This document shows, piece by piece, positions 48,306 through 58,874 of a stretch of 64,000 nucleotides of DNA. Below the pieces are notes generated by a model. That model searched no databases, had not been told where the DNA came from, and saw only the letters and a list, made by a program, of their open reading frames with translations. Every line of letters starts with the position of its first letter. Position 1 is the stretch's first letter. The position numbers and the translations under genes were made by a program. Location: the NCBI GenBank assembly GCA_963716935.1, contig CAVQUN010000005.1:384864-448863 (forward strand), read 5' to 3'. Origin of the DNA: an uncultured Actinomycetes bacterium. GTDB taxonomy: Bacteria > Actinomycetota > UBA4738 > HRBIN12.

Positions 48306-49287
48306 GCATCCTGTCGGTCCGTGACCTCGCGATCACCTATTCCACGCAGGGCGGGCCCGTGCCCGCCGTTCGCGGCGTGACCTTCGACATCGAGAAGGGC
48401 GAGGTGCTGGGCCTCGCCGGCGAGTCCGGGTGCGGCAAGTCGACGATCGTGAACGCCATCCTGCGCCTGCTGCCACCCGAGACGAAGGTCGAGGGTGAGG
48501 TGGTGCTGGGCGGCGAGGACGTGCTGTCGATGAAGCCGGGACGCCTGCGCGCCGTGCGATGGACCGAGGCGTCGGTCGTGTTCCAGGGCGCGATGCATGC
48601 GCTGAATCCCGTGCAGCGGGTCGGCGATCAGATCGCCGAGGCGATCGTGATCCACGGGCAGGCCGGCGAGCGCGAGGCGTTGGTGCGGGTCGGCGGTCTG
48701 CTCGAGCAGGTCGGCCTGCCGCCGCGACGGCTTCGCGACTACCCGCACGAGCTCTCGGGCGGCCAGAAGCAGCGCGTGATGATCGCGATGGCCCTCGCGT
48801 GCAGCCCGAGTCTCGTGATCGCCGACGAGCCCACGACCGCCCTCGACGTGATGGTCCAGGCGCAGGTGCTGAAGCTCCTCAAGAGCCTCCAGCGCGAGCT
48901 CGGCCTCGCGATGCTGTTCATCACGCACGACCTGTCCGTGCTCGTCGAGGTCTCGGACCGGCTCGCGATCATGTACGCCGGGAAGATCATCGAGGAGGGG
49001 ACCGCGCGCGAGGTCTTCGACAGCCCGAAGCACCCGTACTCGGAGGCGCTCGCGGCGGCATTCCCGGCGATCGGCGACGAGCGGTTCCGCCGCAACCCAT
49101 CGGGGCTGGGCGGCGATCCTCCCGACCCGGCGGCGATCCCCTCCGGCTGCTCGTTCCATCCGCGGTGCCCGGTCGCGTTCGAGCCCTGCTCGACGACGGT
49201 GCCGGAGCTCTACGCCGCGGGGGAGGGGCGTCGCGCCGCGTGCCTGCTCGTCGAAGGCGCGCTCGTCGACGCTCCGAGGACGGCCGA

Positions 49288-49291
<4 letters not shown>
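48302..49291 (+). CDS. ABC transporter ATP-binding protein (DppD/OppD-like)
   Basis: Walker A GESGCGKST, LSGGQKQR, Walker B, and an oligopeptide-transporter C-terminal domain with Cys cluster. Confidence 0.9.
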
Positions 49292-50361
<1,070 letters not shown>

Positions 50362-50385
50362 TGATCCGGCCGAGTTGAGACCGAG

Positions 50386-51048
50386 CTAGCCGGCCTCGCT
50401 CGCGTCGCCGGGATCGAGGTCCTCCGGCCCGCCCTTCAGGACGCCGAGGATCGCCTCCATCTCGGTGTCGCCGACCGGCGCGTCGCGGCCAGCCCCCTTG
50501 GCCGCCGCGAGCAGGGTCCGAAGGTTGCTCTCGGCCATCTCGGCCCGCGCCTCGAGCTCCTTGGTTCGGGCCGAGAGCGCCGCGGCCCGCCGCTCGGCGT
50601 CGTCGCGGGCCGCCTGCGCCTCGCGAGCCTCCTCCCGCGCGGTGCGAAGGGCTCCGCGCAGCGTCCCAACCTCGCGTCCGAGATCGACGAGCCGGTCCAC
50701 CACCTCACGCCCGAAGTCGGAGTACGAGGTGCGCTTGCCGCCGGTCGCTCGCCCGTCGGCGGTCGGAGCGGCCGACGCTGCAGCCTTCGCACGGCGCGGC
50801 CGCGGCACCTGCTCGCGCTCCCCGGCGTCGATCGGCCGAGCGTCGAGCAGCCGGTAGCGGCCGTCGACCGCCTCCAGGCGCCGCCGGGCAAGGAGCGCCC
50901 GGATCGCGCGCGCGGCCGCGAGCGGCTCCTCCACTCCGATCTCGCGGCCGAGCTCGGCGGGCGACAGATCCACGAGCTCGCCGGTGCTCGCGCGGGCGGC
51001 GACGGCCGCGAGGAAGGCGTTCGCCCGGTCGAGGCTCTCCTGGTTCAC
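50386..51048 (-). CDS. Hypothetical protein with winged-helix-like N-terminus and coiled-coil C-terminus
   Basis: GTG 51048. N-terminal region resembles a wHTH, followed by a basic linker and an Ala/Glu/Arg-rich coiled coil. The 5' half of the 409-aa track ORF is artefact. Confidence 0.4.
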   Translation of the reverse strand: MNQESLDRANAFLAAVAARASTGELVDLSPAELGREIGVEEPLAAARAIRALLARRRLEAVDGRYRLLDARPIDAGEREQVPRPRRAKAAASAAPTADGRATGGKRTSYSDFGREVVDRLVDLGREVGTLRGALRTAREEAREAQAARDDAERRAAALSARTKELEARAEMAESNLRTLLAAAKGAGRDAPVGDTEMEAILGVLKGGPEDLDPGDASEAG

Positions 51049-51264
51049 GCCGGTAATCGTGCTGCATTCGGGCGGGTCGCGCCAGTCCGGGGTGCGCGGG
51101 AGCGGAACAGCGTCGCGAGCCTGCCGTGAGGCCGAGAAAGAGTGACAAAACCGGTCGCCCGATTTGACCGCGGGGTCGCCGCGATGGTGGAATGCGCGTG
51201 GCGCCGCTGGAACCCTCGGGTTCCGGCGGCGCCGCTCATTTCGACCCCTCGAGGAGCCCCGTTC

Positions 51265-52431
51265 GTGCCCGACCCCGTGACCGACCCCGAACGGCTCCCG
51301 CTCGCCGGGGTCCGCGTCGCCGACTTCTCCCGCGTCCTGGCGGGGCCCCTGGCCACGATGCTCCTCGCCGACCTCGGCGCCGACGTCGTCAAGGTGGAGC
51401 GGCCGGGAACGGGCGACGACACGAGGGGGTGGGGACCGCCGTTCGTCGGCGACGACGCCGCCTACTTCCTCTCGCTGAACCGGAACAAGCGATCCGTCGT
51501 GCTGGACCTCGCGACCGACGAGGGGCGCTCGCTCGCCCGGCGCCTCGCGCTCGGAAGCGACGTGGTCGTCGAGAACTTCCGCCCTGGCCTCATGGAGCGA
51601 TTCGGGCTCGACCACCCCTCGCTCTCGGCCGAGCGCCCGGGGCTCGTCTACTGCTCGCTCACGGCGTTCGGCGACGACGGCGAGTCGGCGTCGAAGCCCG
51701 GGTACGACATCATCGTGCAGGCCCTATCCGGGCTCATGAGCGTCACGGGGCACCCCGGCGGCGAGCCCACGAAGGTTGGTGTGGCGCTGCTCGACGTGAT
51801 CTGCGGGCTCTACGCGGCGAACGCGATCCAGGCGGCGCTCGTCGGGCGAGCCGAGACGGGACGCGGGGCGAGGGTGTCGGTCTCGTTGTTCGACGCGAGC
51901 GTCGCGGCGATGGTGAACCAGGCCGCGAACTACCTGCTCGGCGGTCTCGTCCCGGGGCCGATGGGCAACGCCCACCCCAACATCGTTCCCTACCAGCTGT
52001 TCCGCGCGTCCGACCGCCCCTTCATCCTCGCCGCCGGCAACGACCGGCTGTTCGAGCGCACGTGCGAGGTGCTCGGGCTCGCTTCGCTCGCGACCGACGA
52101 GCGGTTCGCGACGAACGAGGCCCGCGTCCGACGGCGGGACGAGCTGATCCCCGTGCTCGCGGAGGCCTTCGCCGCGCGGCCCGCCGCCGAGTGGCTGGCG
52201 CGGCTCGAGGCCGCGTCCGTTCCGTGCGCCGCGGTCCGCACGCTCGACGAGGTGTTCGCGTCGCCGGAGGGCGCCGCATCGGTGCAGCGGGTGCCCGACC
52301 CCGTGCGCGGTCCGCTCGACCTCGTCGCCGATCCGATCCGGGTCGACGGTCGACGCCCCCCTGTACGACTCGCGCCTCCTCTGCTCGGGGAGCACACGGA
52401 CGAGATCGTCCGGGAGCTGACCGAGTCGTGA
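51265..52431 (+). CDS. Family III CoA-transferase (CaiB/BaiF/formyl-CoA transferase-like)
   Basis: CoA_transf_3 motifs (GVRVADFSRVLAGP, the catalytic Asp region). GTG 51265 behind RBS GAGGAG. The upstream 41 codons of the track ORF are doubtful. Confidence 0.8.
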   Translation: MPDPVTDPERLPLAGVRVADFSRVLAGPLATMLLADLGADVVKVERPGTGDDTRGWGPPFVGDDAAYFLSLNRNKRSVVLDLATDEGRSLARRLALGSDVVVENFRPGLMERFGLDHPSLSAERPGLVYCSLTAFGDDGESASKPGYDIIVQALSGLMSVTGHPGGEPTKVGVALLDVICGLYAANAIQAALVGRAETGRGARVSVSLFDASVAAMVNQAANYLLGGLVPGPMGNAHPNIVPYQLFRASDRPFILAAGNDRLFERTCEVLGLASLATDERFATNEARVRRRDELIPVLAEAFAARPAAEWLARLEAASVPCAAVRTLDEVFASPEGAASVQRVPDPVRGPLDLVADPIRVDGRRPPVRLAPPLLGEHTDEIVRELTES

Positions 52432-53240
52432 GCGCGGTCGACCGGTGGGGCGAGGAGCTCCGGGCCTGGACGATCCCGGACGCGATCCTGTCCGCCGCGC
52501 CCGAGTCCCCCTACGGCTTCCCGACGGAGCCGTTTCGCCGGCGCGCGGAGCGCGCGACGGAGCGGGCGCCGACGCCGACGACCCTGCGCTCGCTCGAGGC
52601 GCTGCCGGCGGGCGGCTCCGTCCTCGATGTCGGCGTCGGGAGCGGGGCGACCTCGCTTCCCCTCGCGGAGCGGGCGTCGCGGATCGTCGGCGTCGACGGC
52701 TCCGAGGAGATGCTCGACGCGTTTCGGCAGGCCGCGCAGAAGGCCGGCGTGGATGCGGTCGGCGTGCTCGGCACGTGGCCGGCCGTCGTGGACGAGGTGG
52801 AGGTCGCCGACGTCGTGGTCTGCGGCCACGTCCTGTACAACGTGCAGGAGCTCCGGCCGTTCGTGGAGGAGCTGCGAGCCCACGCCCGGCGCCGATGCGT
52901 CGTGGAGATCACCGATCGACACCCGTGGGCGTGGATGCACGACCTGTGGCGGCGGTTTCACGACCTCGAGCGGCCAGACGGGCCGACCGTGGGCGACGCC
53001 GAGGCCGCGCTCCGCGAGCTCGGGCTCCAGGTCGCCCGCGAGGATCGCATCGAGCCGGGCACGGGCGGCTTCGAACGGCGCGGCGACGCCGTCGCGCTCG
53101 TACGTCGCCGCCTCTGCCTCTCCGCGGATCGTGACGAGGAGGTCGCGCGGGCGCTCGGCGATCTCCTCGCCGAGCACGACGGGCTCTGGTCGGCCGGCCC
53201 GCCGTCGCAACGCATCGTCACGATGTGGTGGGACGCCTGA
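52428..53240 (+). CDS. Class I SAM-dependent methyltransferase
   Basis: GTG 52428 in a GTGA overlap with the CoA-transferase stop. SAM motif I VLDVGVGSG and a Rossmann-like fold. Confidence 0.65.
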   Translation: MSAVDRWGEELRAWTIPDAILSAAPESPYGFPTEPFRRRAERATERAPTPTTLRSLEALPAGGSVLDVGVGSGATSLPLAERASRIVGVDGSEEMLDAFRQAAQKAGVDAVGVLGTWPAVVDEVEVADVVVCGHVLYNVQELRPFVEELRAHARRRCVVEITDRHPWAWMHDLWRRFHDLERPDGPTVGDAEAALRELGLQVAREDRIEPGTGGFERRGDAVALVRRRLCLSADRDEEVARALGDLLAEHDGLWSAGPPSQRIVTMWWDA

Positions 53241-53261
53241 CGGCTCGCGACGCGACCAGCG

Positions 53262-55190
53262 TCAGCGCTCGCGACGGGCCACGTAGTCCCGGACGATGAA
53301 CTCGCCGATCCGCGTGTCGTCCATCAGGAAGATCCGGCCGGCGGTGAGCTCCGCGAGGCGTTCCATGAACCGGATCAGTCCCGGCGAGTCCTCGAGCATG
53401 AACACGTTGAGGGTCACCCCGGCCTTCGCCAGGCGCATCGCCTCGGCGAGCGTGAGTCGGATGGTCTTGGGGACCGGCGGCCACGAGAAGAAGGCCTCGT
53501 CACCCTCGAGGTGCGCCGTCGGCTCCCCGTCGGTCACCATGATGACCTGTCGCGTCGCCCGTGGGTGCTGCGCGAGCAACCGCCCCGCCAAGTTGAACGC
53601 GTGCTGCATGTTCGTGCCGTAGACGCGCTCCCACCCGGCTGCGGTCAGGTCCTGCGGCTGCATCGGCCGGGCGTAGTCGCTGAAGCCGATCATGTAGAGC
53701 GTGTCGTGCGGGTAGCGACCCTCTATCAGGGCGTGGAGCGCGAGCGCCATCCGCTTCGCGTGCACGAAGTGCCCGCGAAGCGGCATCGAGAACGAGAGGT
53801 CGAGGAGCAACGCGGTCGCGGCCTCCGTTCGCTGCTCGGCCTCGACGAGCTCGAAGTCGTCGGGGCGGAGCTCGACGACCGAGCTCGGCCCCCCCCGGAG
53901 GACCGCGTTGAACACCGATCGCTGCACGGCGATCTCGCCCTCGTCGCCGAACCGCCAGGGCCGGGTCGCGCCCGTCGGCTCCGCGAGGCCGCCCGCGTGA
54001 CGCGCCTCGTGGGTGCCCTCGCGGTCGCGCCGCAACTGCTCGAAGACGCGAACGAGCGCCCGCTCCCCCAGCTTTCGCGCGCCCTTCGGGGTGACCTCGA
54101 GTCGTCCCTCGCGACGCGTGACGAGACCCGCCTGCTCGAGCGCGCGCTCGATCTGCTTCAGGCGGCGCACGTCGCGCACGGCCTCCTCGCCGAGGGTGCG
54201 CCGCAGCGCCTCCTCGTCGACGTCGTCCACCGACGCCCCCGCGTACTCGCCCCGCAGCGACCGGTCAAGGTCCTCGTAGTCGTGAAGCCGTTCCATCGCG
54301 TCCACGGTGGCGGAAAGCGGCATCGGCTCCTCGCCGCCGGCGAGCGCCGGCTCGCCCCACGGCAGGTCCGGAAACGCCGAGGAGAGGTTCGCGCCCAGCC
54401 GGTCGACCTCGAAGGCGAGGTCGAGGTCCTGCATCACCTGCTCGGCCAGCGCCTGCAGCTCGGCGCGCTGCTCGGGCGACATCGAGGCGAGGAGCCTGGA
54501 CATCGCCGCCATGCGGCGGGCCATGTTCTCGAGGAGCTCGTCGAGCGTCGTGGGGTTCTCGGGGAACATGTCGCCGTGTCGCTGCATGAACCCGTCGAAG
54601 TCGTAGGGCTCGCCGCGCTCGCGACGCTCGATCATCTCGTTCAGCTCGGCGAGCATGTCGCGGAACCGTTGCAGCTCCTCGGGAGACAGGTTCTGCATTC
54701 CCTGCGCCATCGAGCGGAAGTACGCGCCCATCACCTGCTCCCGAAGCTCCTCGAGCAGCGCGTCGAACCGCCGCTGAGCCTCGGGATCCCGGAAGCGGTA
54801 CTCGCTCAGCTCGCGGATGCGGCCCGCGACGTCCGGCGGGAGGGCCTCGAGGAACGTCTCGCGCATGCGCGCGTCGTCGTCGGCCTCGAAGGACAAGGTC
54901 GTCCGCTCGCGCTCGAGCACGTCCTCGAGCTGCGCGCGGATCGCCTCGAGCGGACCCTGGAGGTCGAGCGCCGCCTGCTCGCGGGCGCGACGCTCGCGCA
55001 GGCGCGCGCGCAGGGCGTCGAGCCCGGTGAACCGGCCGCGCATCCCCTGCCGCAGGAGCCGGGACAGGGCTCCCTCGGCCCCGGCCCCAGACAGGATGTC
55101 CTCGGAGAGCTCCTCGAGCATCTCGGCCGCGGGCACGTCCGGGCCGAACGGGTCCTGGGAGTCGTCCCAGCGGGAGTATCGGAACCGCAC
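53262..55190 (-). CDS. VWA-domain protein (partner of the Mg-chelatase-like AAA ATPase; CoxE/ChlD-like)
   Basis: Long acidic coiled region, then a C-terminal von Willebrand A domain with a MIDAS-like DxSxS context (LLLDLSFSMP). Confidence 0.78.
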   Translation of the reverse strand: MRFRYSRWDDSQDPFGPDVPAAEMLEELSEDILSGAGAEGALSRLLRQGMRGRFTGLDALRARLRERRAREQAALDLQGPLEAIRAQLEDVLERERTTLSFEADDDARMRETFLEALPPDVAGRIRELSEYRFRDPEAQRRFDALLEELREQVMGAYFRSMAQGMQNLSPEELQRFRDMLAELNEMIERRERGEPYDFDGFMQRHGDMFPENPTTLDELLENMARRMAAMSRLLASMSPEQRAELQALAEQVMQDLDLAFEVDRLGANLSSAFPDLPWGEPALAGGEEPMPLSATVDAMERLHDYEDLDRSLRGEYAGASVDDVDEEALRRTLGEEAVRDVRRLKQIERALEQAGLVTRREGRLEVTPKGARKLGERALVRVFEQLRRDREGTHEARHAGGLAEPTGATRPWRFGDEGEIAVQRSVFNAVLRGGPSSVVELRPDDFELVEAEQRTEAATALLLDLSFSMPLRGHFVHAKRMALALHALIEGRYPHDTLYMIGFSDYARPMQPQDLTAAGWERVYGTNMQHAFNLAGRLLAQHPRATRQVIMVTDGEPTAHLEGDEAFFSWPPVPKTIRLTLAEAMRLAKAGVTLNVFMLEDSPGLIRFMERLAELTAGRIFLMDDTRIGEFIVRDYVARRER

Positions 55191-55231
55191 GGATTCAGCC
55201 TACGCCGAGTGCGCCGAAGGGCCGCCGGTGC

Positions 55232-55603
55232 TCAGCCGATGCCGAGGCCGGTCATCAGCGCCCGGAGGGTGAGCCCGAAGCAGATGAACGAGGCGAGCGC
55301 GAACGGCATCCACGGGCGCGAGCGGAAGTTCTCGTCGCGGGCGAGCGCGTGCGCGATCCCGAGGATCACGAGCGGGCCGAACCCGTAGACGTAGTGGAGC
55401 CATGTGCTCGGGCGCTTGCCGAGCAGCAGGAGCACCACCCCGGCGAGCGCCTGACCGATCGCGAGCACCTGGGCCGCAACGAGCCATCGCCAGAACCACT
55501 CGCCGGCCTGGCGCTTGCCGATCCACATGACCAGGCCGAACACCCATCCGATCGCGAAGATCGCGACCACGACGTAGCCCAGGTAGTGGTGGAGCTCGGA
55601 CAC
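55232..55603 (-). CDS. Small integral membrane protein (4 TM), hypothetical
   Basis: Four hydrophobic helices, non-repetitive. Lies between the VWA and AAA genes on the same strand. Confidence 0.5.
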   Translation of the reverse strand: MSELHHYLGYVVVAIFAIGWVFGLVMWIGKRQAGEWFWRWLVAAQVLAIGQALAGVVLLLLGKRPSTWLHYVYGFGPLVILGIAHALARDENFRSRPWMPFALASFICFGLTLRALMTGLGIG

Positions 55604-55616
55604 GGCGGCGGGAATC

Positions 55617-57026
55617 CTACGCGGTGCCGCCCGAGTACCGGGACGCCCCGACGCGCCCCGCCCCGTCCTTGTTCAACCGCCGGGAAAGGTGCAGGCCCTC
55701 GAGCGCGAACTCGATCGCCGAGGCCGCGACGCCGGGGCTCTCCTCCTCGACGCCGAGGCGCTCGAGGAGCTTCGACAGCCCGGGGAGCTCGCCGAACTGC
55801 GCGAGGAGCTCGGACGCGGGCAACAGGTCCGACGTCTCGGCGGCGAACCCCTGCTCGAAGCGACCGAGGATCGGCTGGAAGTCGAACCCGGAGAGTCGGC
55901 GACGGAAGACCTCGAGCTCGGCCGTCTTGAGGGCGCGCGCGAGGATCTCCTCCTCTCGCCCCTCCTCGATGGTGTCGAACTCGATGCGCCCGAGGCTGGA
56001 CTCGAGGACGGCGGGAAGGTCGCAGACCCGAGGCACGGCCTCGGGCTCCCCCGTGCGCGCCGCCCGGCGGACGGCCGCCGCGGCGAGCGTCTCGAGGTTG
56101 CCGATCGAGTACCGCACGCTCACGCCGCTGCGATGGTTCACGTGCGGCGAGCGCCGGAGCTCGGCGGTGAGGGCCGCGAGGACCTCTTTCATGTAGAGCG
56201 GGACCCGGAGCGGGACCTCGCCGGCCGGCGGCCGGGCCTCCTGCTCCATGATCCGGATCTCGTCGGCGAGCGAGTCCGGGTAGTGGGTCCGGACCTGAGT
56301 GCCGAAGCGGTCCTTCAGCGGGCTCACGATGCGGCCTCGGTGCGTGTAGTCGTCGGGGTTCGCCGTGCACATGAGCAGGAGGTCGAGCGGCAGCCGGATC
56401 CGGTAGCCGCGGATCTGCACGTCGCGCTCCTCGAGGATGTTGAACAGCGCCACCTGGATGCGCTCGGGAAGGTCGGGGAGCTCGTTGATCGCCACGATGC
56501 CGCGGTTCGTGCGCGGGATCAGGCCGTAGTGGATCGTCAGCTCGTCTGCGAGGTACCGGCCCTCGGCAACGCGGATCGGGTCGATGTCGCCGATGAGGTC
56601 GGCAACGCTCGTGTCGGGCGTCGCGAGCTTCTCCGCGTAGCGGTCCTCGCGATCGATCCAGTTGATCGGCACGGCGTCACCGTCCTCCGCGAGGAGGGCG
56701 CGGCACCGGGCGCAGATGGGCCGGTAGGGGTGGTCGTTCACCTCGCAGCCGGCGATCGTCGGCGCGCGCTCGTCGAGCAGGTCCACGACCCGGCGGATCA
56801 GGCGCGTCTTCGCCTGGCCGCGCTCGCCGAGCAGGATGAGGTCGTGGCCGGCCAGGATCCCCCGCTCGAGCGCCGGCAGCACCGAGTCGTCGAAGCCGAC
56901 GATCGCGGGAAACAACGGCTCGCCCCGCGCGAGCGTCCCGAGCAGGTTCGCCCGCAGCTCCTCCTTGACCGTGCGATCCGGGTAGCCGGAGGCGCGAAGC
57001 TCGGCGATGGTCGCGGGCGACGGCAT
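55617..57026 (-). CDS. Mg-chelatase ChlI-like / MoxR-like AAA+ ATPase
   Basis: Walker A GERGQAKT, Walker B/sensor regions, and ChlI-like C-terminal helical domains. Confidence 0.8.
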   Translation of the reverse strand: MPSPATIAELRASGYPDRTVKEELRANLLGTLARGEPLFPAIVGFDDSVLPALERGILAGHDLILLGERGQAKTRLIRRVVDLLDERAPTIAGCEVNDHPYRPICARCRALLAEDGDAVPINWIDREDRYAEKLATPDTSVADLIGDIDPIRVAEGRYLADELTIHYGLIPRTNRGIVAINELPDLPERIQVALFNILEERDVQIRGYRIRLPLDLLLMCTANPDDYTHRGRIVSPLKDRFGTQVRTHYPDSLADEIRIMEQEARPPAGEVPLRVPLYMKEVLAALTAELRRSPHVNHRSGVSVRYSIGNLETLAAAAVRRAARTGEPEAVPRVCDLPAVLESSLGRIEFDTIEEGREEEILARALKTAELEVFRRRLSGFDFQPILGRFEQGFAAETSDLLPASELLAQFGELPGLSKLLERLGVEEESPGVAASAIEFALEGLHLSRRLNKDGAGRVGASRYSGGTA

Positions 57027-57063
57027 CCCACCACCCTAGCGCGTCTCGCGCGAACGACGAGTC

Positions 57064-57924
57064 CTAGACCAGGCCGCGCGCGGCGTACTCGGGACCGTAC
57101 TTGCGCTCGGCCAACCGCCGGCCGATCTCGGCGGTCAGCACGATGAGCAGTGAAAGGAACAGGACCACCGTGGAGACCGCGACGGCCTGCGGGAGCTGGC
57201 TCGGGACGCGGAGCATCGCGAAGAGGAAGACCGGCCACGTCTGCTGCGTGCCCGCCAGGAACGACGCGATCGCGTACTCGTCGAAGGAGAGCGTGAACGC
57301 GATCAGGAACGCCGAGAGCAGCGCGGGCAGCAGCAGGGGAAAGGTCACGCGCCGGAATGTCTCCCAGGTTCCGGCCCCGAGGTCGTGGGCGGCCTCCTCG
57401 AGAGAGAGGCTGAGCCGTTCGAGGAGCGGCATGATCGTCAGCATGGTGTAGGGCAGGGACACGACCACGTGCCCGATGATCACGGAATGGATCCCGAGCC
57501 CGATGTAGAACCCGGTCGTGTTCGTGAGGAACTTGTCGAACGCGGTGAACAGCACGAGCAGCGAGATCCCGAAGACGAGATACGGGACCACGAGCGGTGA
57601 GAAGAACAGCGCCGAGGTGGCGGACTTCCCGACGAACCGACGGCGGAGCAAGGCAAACGACGCGAGGACGCCGAGCGAGACGGCGATGAGGCTCGACACC
57701 GTGGCCACGATCAGGCTGCGGCGCAGTGCCCCCAGGAGGAGGGGATTCGACAGGAAGCGCTGGTACCACTCGGTGGTGAAGTGCTCTAGCGGGAACGACA
57801 CGTCCCCCGAGTTGAACGAGAACATCGCGAGGATGACGATCGGGAGATACAGGAAGAGCACCAGGAGCACGTAGAAGACCTGGAGGGATCGCCGGGCCCC
57901 GTTCGAACTCGCGACGTCCGTCAT
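57064..57924 (-). CDS. ABC transporter permease (PotC-like, polyamine/opine type)
   Basis: BPD_transp_1 family. ATG 57924 in an ATGA overlap with the upstream permease stop. The N-terminal 270 aa of the track ORF are artefact. Confidence 0.85.
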   Translation of the reverse strand: MTDVASSNGARRSLQVFYVLLVLFLYLPIVILAMFSFNSGDVSFPLEHFTTEWYQRFLSNPLLLGALRRSLIVATVSSLIAVSLGVLASFALLRRRFVGKSATSALFFSPLVVPYLVFGISLLVLFTAFDKFLTNTTGFYIGLGIHSVIIGHVVVSLPYTMLTIMPLLERLSLSLEEAAHDLGAGTWETFRRVTFPLLLPALLSAFLIAFTLSFDEYAIASFLAGTQQTWPVFLFAMLRVPSQLPQAVAVSTVVLFLSLLIVLTAEIGRRLAERKYGPEYAARGLV

Positions 57925-58874
57925 CCGGCCACGCTCTGGACTCGGATGTACCGGCCGAACAGCACCATCAGGCCCGCGACGACGACCAGCAGGAACATCG
58001 CCAGCACGGAGCCGCTCTGCCAGTCCAGGGCGCGGGTGAAGGCGTCCTGGATCGCGTTGCCGAACATGTACCCGCTGGTGCCACCGACCAGCGTGGGAGT
58101 GACGAACTCGCCGATCGTGGGCACGAAGACGAACACGAACGCCGCGATCACGCCCGGCAGGCTGAGCGGGAGCGTGATGCGCAGGAACGTGCGCCACCGA
58201 CTCGCTCCGAGGTCGGACGAGGCCTCGAGGAGGCTCCGGTCGAGGTTGTCCAGGCTCACGAAGATCGGGAGCGCCACGAAGGGGATCCAGACGTACGCGA
58301 GCACCAGCATGACCGCGAACTGGCTGTAGAGGAGCCAGCCGATCGGGTCGTCCGGACTTCGAAGGTGGAGCGAGAACAGCATGGTGTTGACCACGCCCTG
58401 GTCGCCGAGGATCACCTTCCAAGCGAGCACGCGCAGAAGGAAGCTCGTGAGAAAGGGCGCGATGATCAACAGCAGGAGCACGTACTTGCGTTTGCGAACG
58501 CACAGGGCGAGGAAGTAGCCGATCGGGTAGGCGAGCAGCACCACGATGACCGAGACCGTGAGCGACATCCGGATCGACTTCCAGAACAGTGAGAGGTAGA
58601 AGGCGTCGCCGACCAGGAACCGCTTCCAGTCCTCGAGCGAGATCACCGCAGCCTCGTTCGGAAGGATGTGAATCGCGCCGACGCTGTACGCCGCGATGAA
58701 CGCGACGGGGACGACGAAGAACAGCAGCAGCCACAGCAGCGGCCCCGAGAGCAGCCCGAGCGTCGCCGCCCGGCCCTCGCTGCGAGCCCGCCGGAACGGG
58801 ACGGCCCGGCGATCCACGTCCGCCACGGGCTCCTCGGGCTCGGGGACCGTCAGGCCGCGCTCACCTCGGCCCAC
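57921..58874 (-). CDS. ABC transporter permease (PotB-like)
   Basis: BPD_transp_1 family. The real start may be GTG 58826, because the ATG at 58874 overlaps the SBP gene by 25 nt. Confidence 0.82.
   Translation of the reverse strand: MGRGERGLTVPEPEEPVADVDRRAVPFRRARSEGRAATLGLLSGPLLWLLLFFVVPVAFIAAYSVGAIHILPNEAAVISLEDWKRFLVGDAFYLSLFWKSIRMSLTVSVIVVLLAYPIGYFLALCVRKRKYVLLLLIIAPFLTSFLLRVLAWKVILGDQGVVNTMLFSLHLRSPDDPIGWLLYSQFAVMLVLAYVWIPFVALPIFVSLDNLDRSLLEASSDLGASRWRTFLRITLPLSLPGVIAAFVFVFVPTIGEFVTPTLVGGTSGYMFGNAIQDAFTRALDWQSGSVLAMFLLVVVAGLMVLFGRYIRVQSVAG

Noticed and set aside
50362-50385. Possible terminator hairpin between dppF and the convergent hypothetical gene
   Set aside because: Only a 5-bp stem (CCGGC/GCCGG) with a 17-nt loop and no T-tract. 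Too weak to call.
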